Source: Vicugna vicugna
Lineage: Eukaryota
Direction: 5' to 3'
Assembly: GCA_013265495.1 (NCBI GenBank)
Contig: MU058836.1
Coordinates: 434,001 to 498,000, forward strand
DNA: 64,000 nucleotides
Shown piece after piece: positions 63,243-64,000 of the stretch. A model generated the notes under the pieces. The model was given only the letters and a program-made list of their open reading frames with translations, was not told where the DNA came from and did no database searches. Positions within the stretch are counted from its first letter, which is position 1. Each line of letters begins with the position of its first letter. A program made the translations under genes and the position numbers.

Positions 63243-64000
63243 GGCTGTGAGTCCTTTAAAATCTCTGCAGCACTACACGTTCTCAGTGTGGGACCGAGAT
63301 GGGCATTTCTGATGTAAGAGGCAGTTTTTCCATGTTCTCTGCTGTCACTTCTTTTAGAAATAGAAAGTGCATTTGGCCTTTCTTTTTAACATGAACATGC
63401 AGTATTAGGTGATGTGAACAACCTGATTGGGTGTCTCTTTTTGAAGGTACAAATGTTAAGTCAGTAGGTGGGGGACTCTGGACACGTTAAGTGGATTTTT
63501 CCTCATCCCAGTCTCCCCCACTTACTGTCTGCTAAGTGATTTGAAGACAGGGGTGTCCAGTTTCATTCTTTCCTTAACAAGCAAGTTTTTAATCAGTCGT
63601 TCCTAGAAGACTGGGTTCGCCTCCCCAGGGCAATGGGAGAATGCATGTGCAACTTGGCCATGTTTGTAAATCACATAACACTCCCCACCCTTAGAAGAAG
63701 GCCTGAGTAGGGAAATTCTTCTGTATGCTCGGGACAGATCGAAATCATTTTGCTGAATGGTTAAAAAGCAGCAAACAAAAAGATTCACGGAATGGTGTGG
63801 CTTGAACTTTAAGCGGGAGCGTAGAAGGGCTTGCAGTGTCCCTGCTCCAGAGGCAGAGCGTTTGCTGGTGGTGGGGACTTCATCTGCCCTCGTTACTGGA
63901 CAGCTGACTTCATCGTGACTCTGAGTTAGTGGCCTTCGCGGGGGACTTAGGATTCGAGGGCTTTCACAAGTAACTTTCACGGGACATGAGGATTTGCACA

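Noticed and set aside
1..64000. CRISPR arrays, prokaryotic systems, rRNA, snoRNA or miRNA genes
   Set aside because: Mammalian intron-exon sequence; I recognised no regularly spaced repeat-spacer structure or known RNA-gene signature. An Rfam/Infernal scan would be needed to exclude small RNAs.

Overview
Mammalian genomic DNA, very probably a camelid (alpaca/llama/camel), judged from six tRNA-Ala-derived Vic-1-type SINEs. The whole window lies inside ZNF462 on the + strand. It starts within the giant coding exon (exon 3 by recalled human numbering) and contains seven further coding exons with canonical GT-AG boundaries that join in frame. About 27 dispersed C2H2 fingers are encoded here; the 5' end and last exons are outside the window. 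Introns carry ordinary repeats (Vic-1-like SINE, MIR, L2, L1, MER58, MER20, MLT1, a Tigger-like fragment). A 169-N gap is flanked by a 905-bp near-perfect duplication that is probably an assembly artefact. The most interesting signals concern splicing: (i) exon 7 begins with GTGAGC, re-creating a strong donor once joined to exon 6, has a weak native donor, and is bracketed by an inverted SINE pair; (ii) alternative acceptors in exon 5 switch one zinc finger on or off; (iii) a YAG|GT site with an in-frame 51-nt candidate exon lies near the middle of the ~29-kb intron 7. These are sequence-based hypotheses that need RNA data. I found no evidence for a wholly new gene system. Repeat family names come from recalled consensus sequences and repeat boundaries are approximate.
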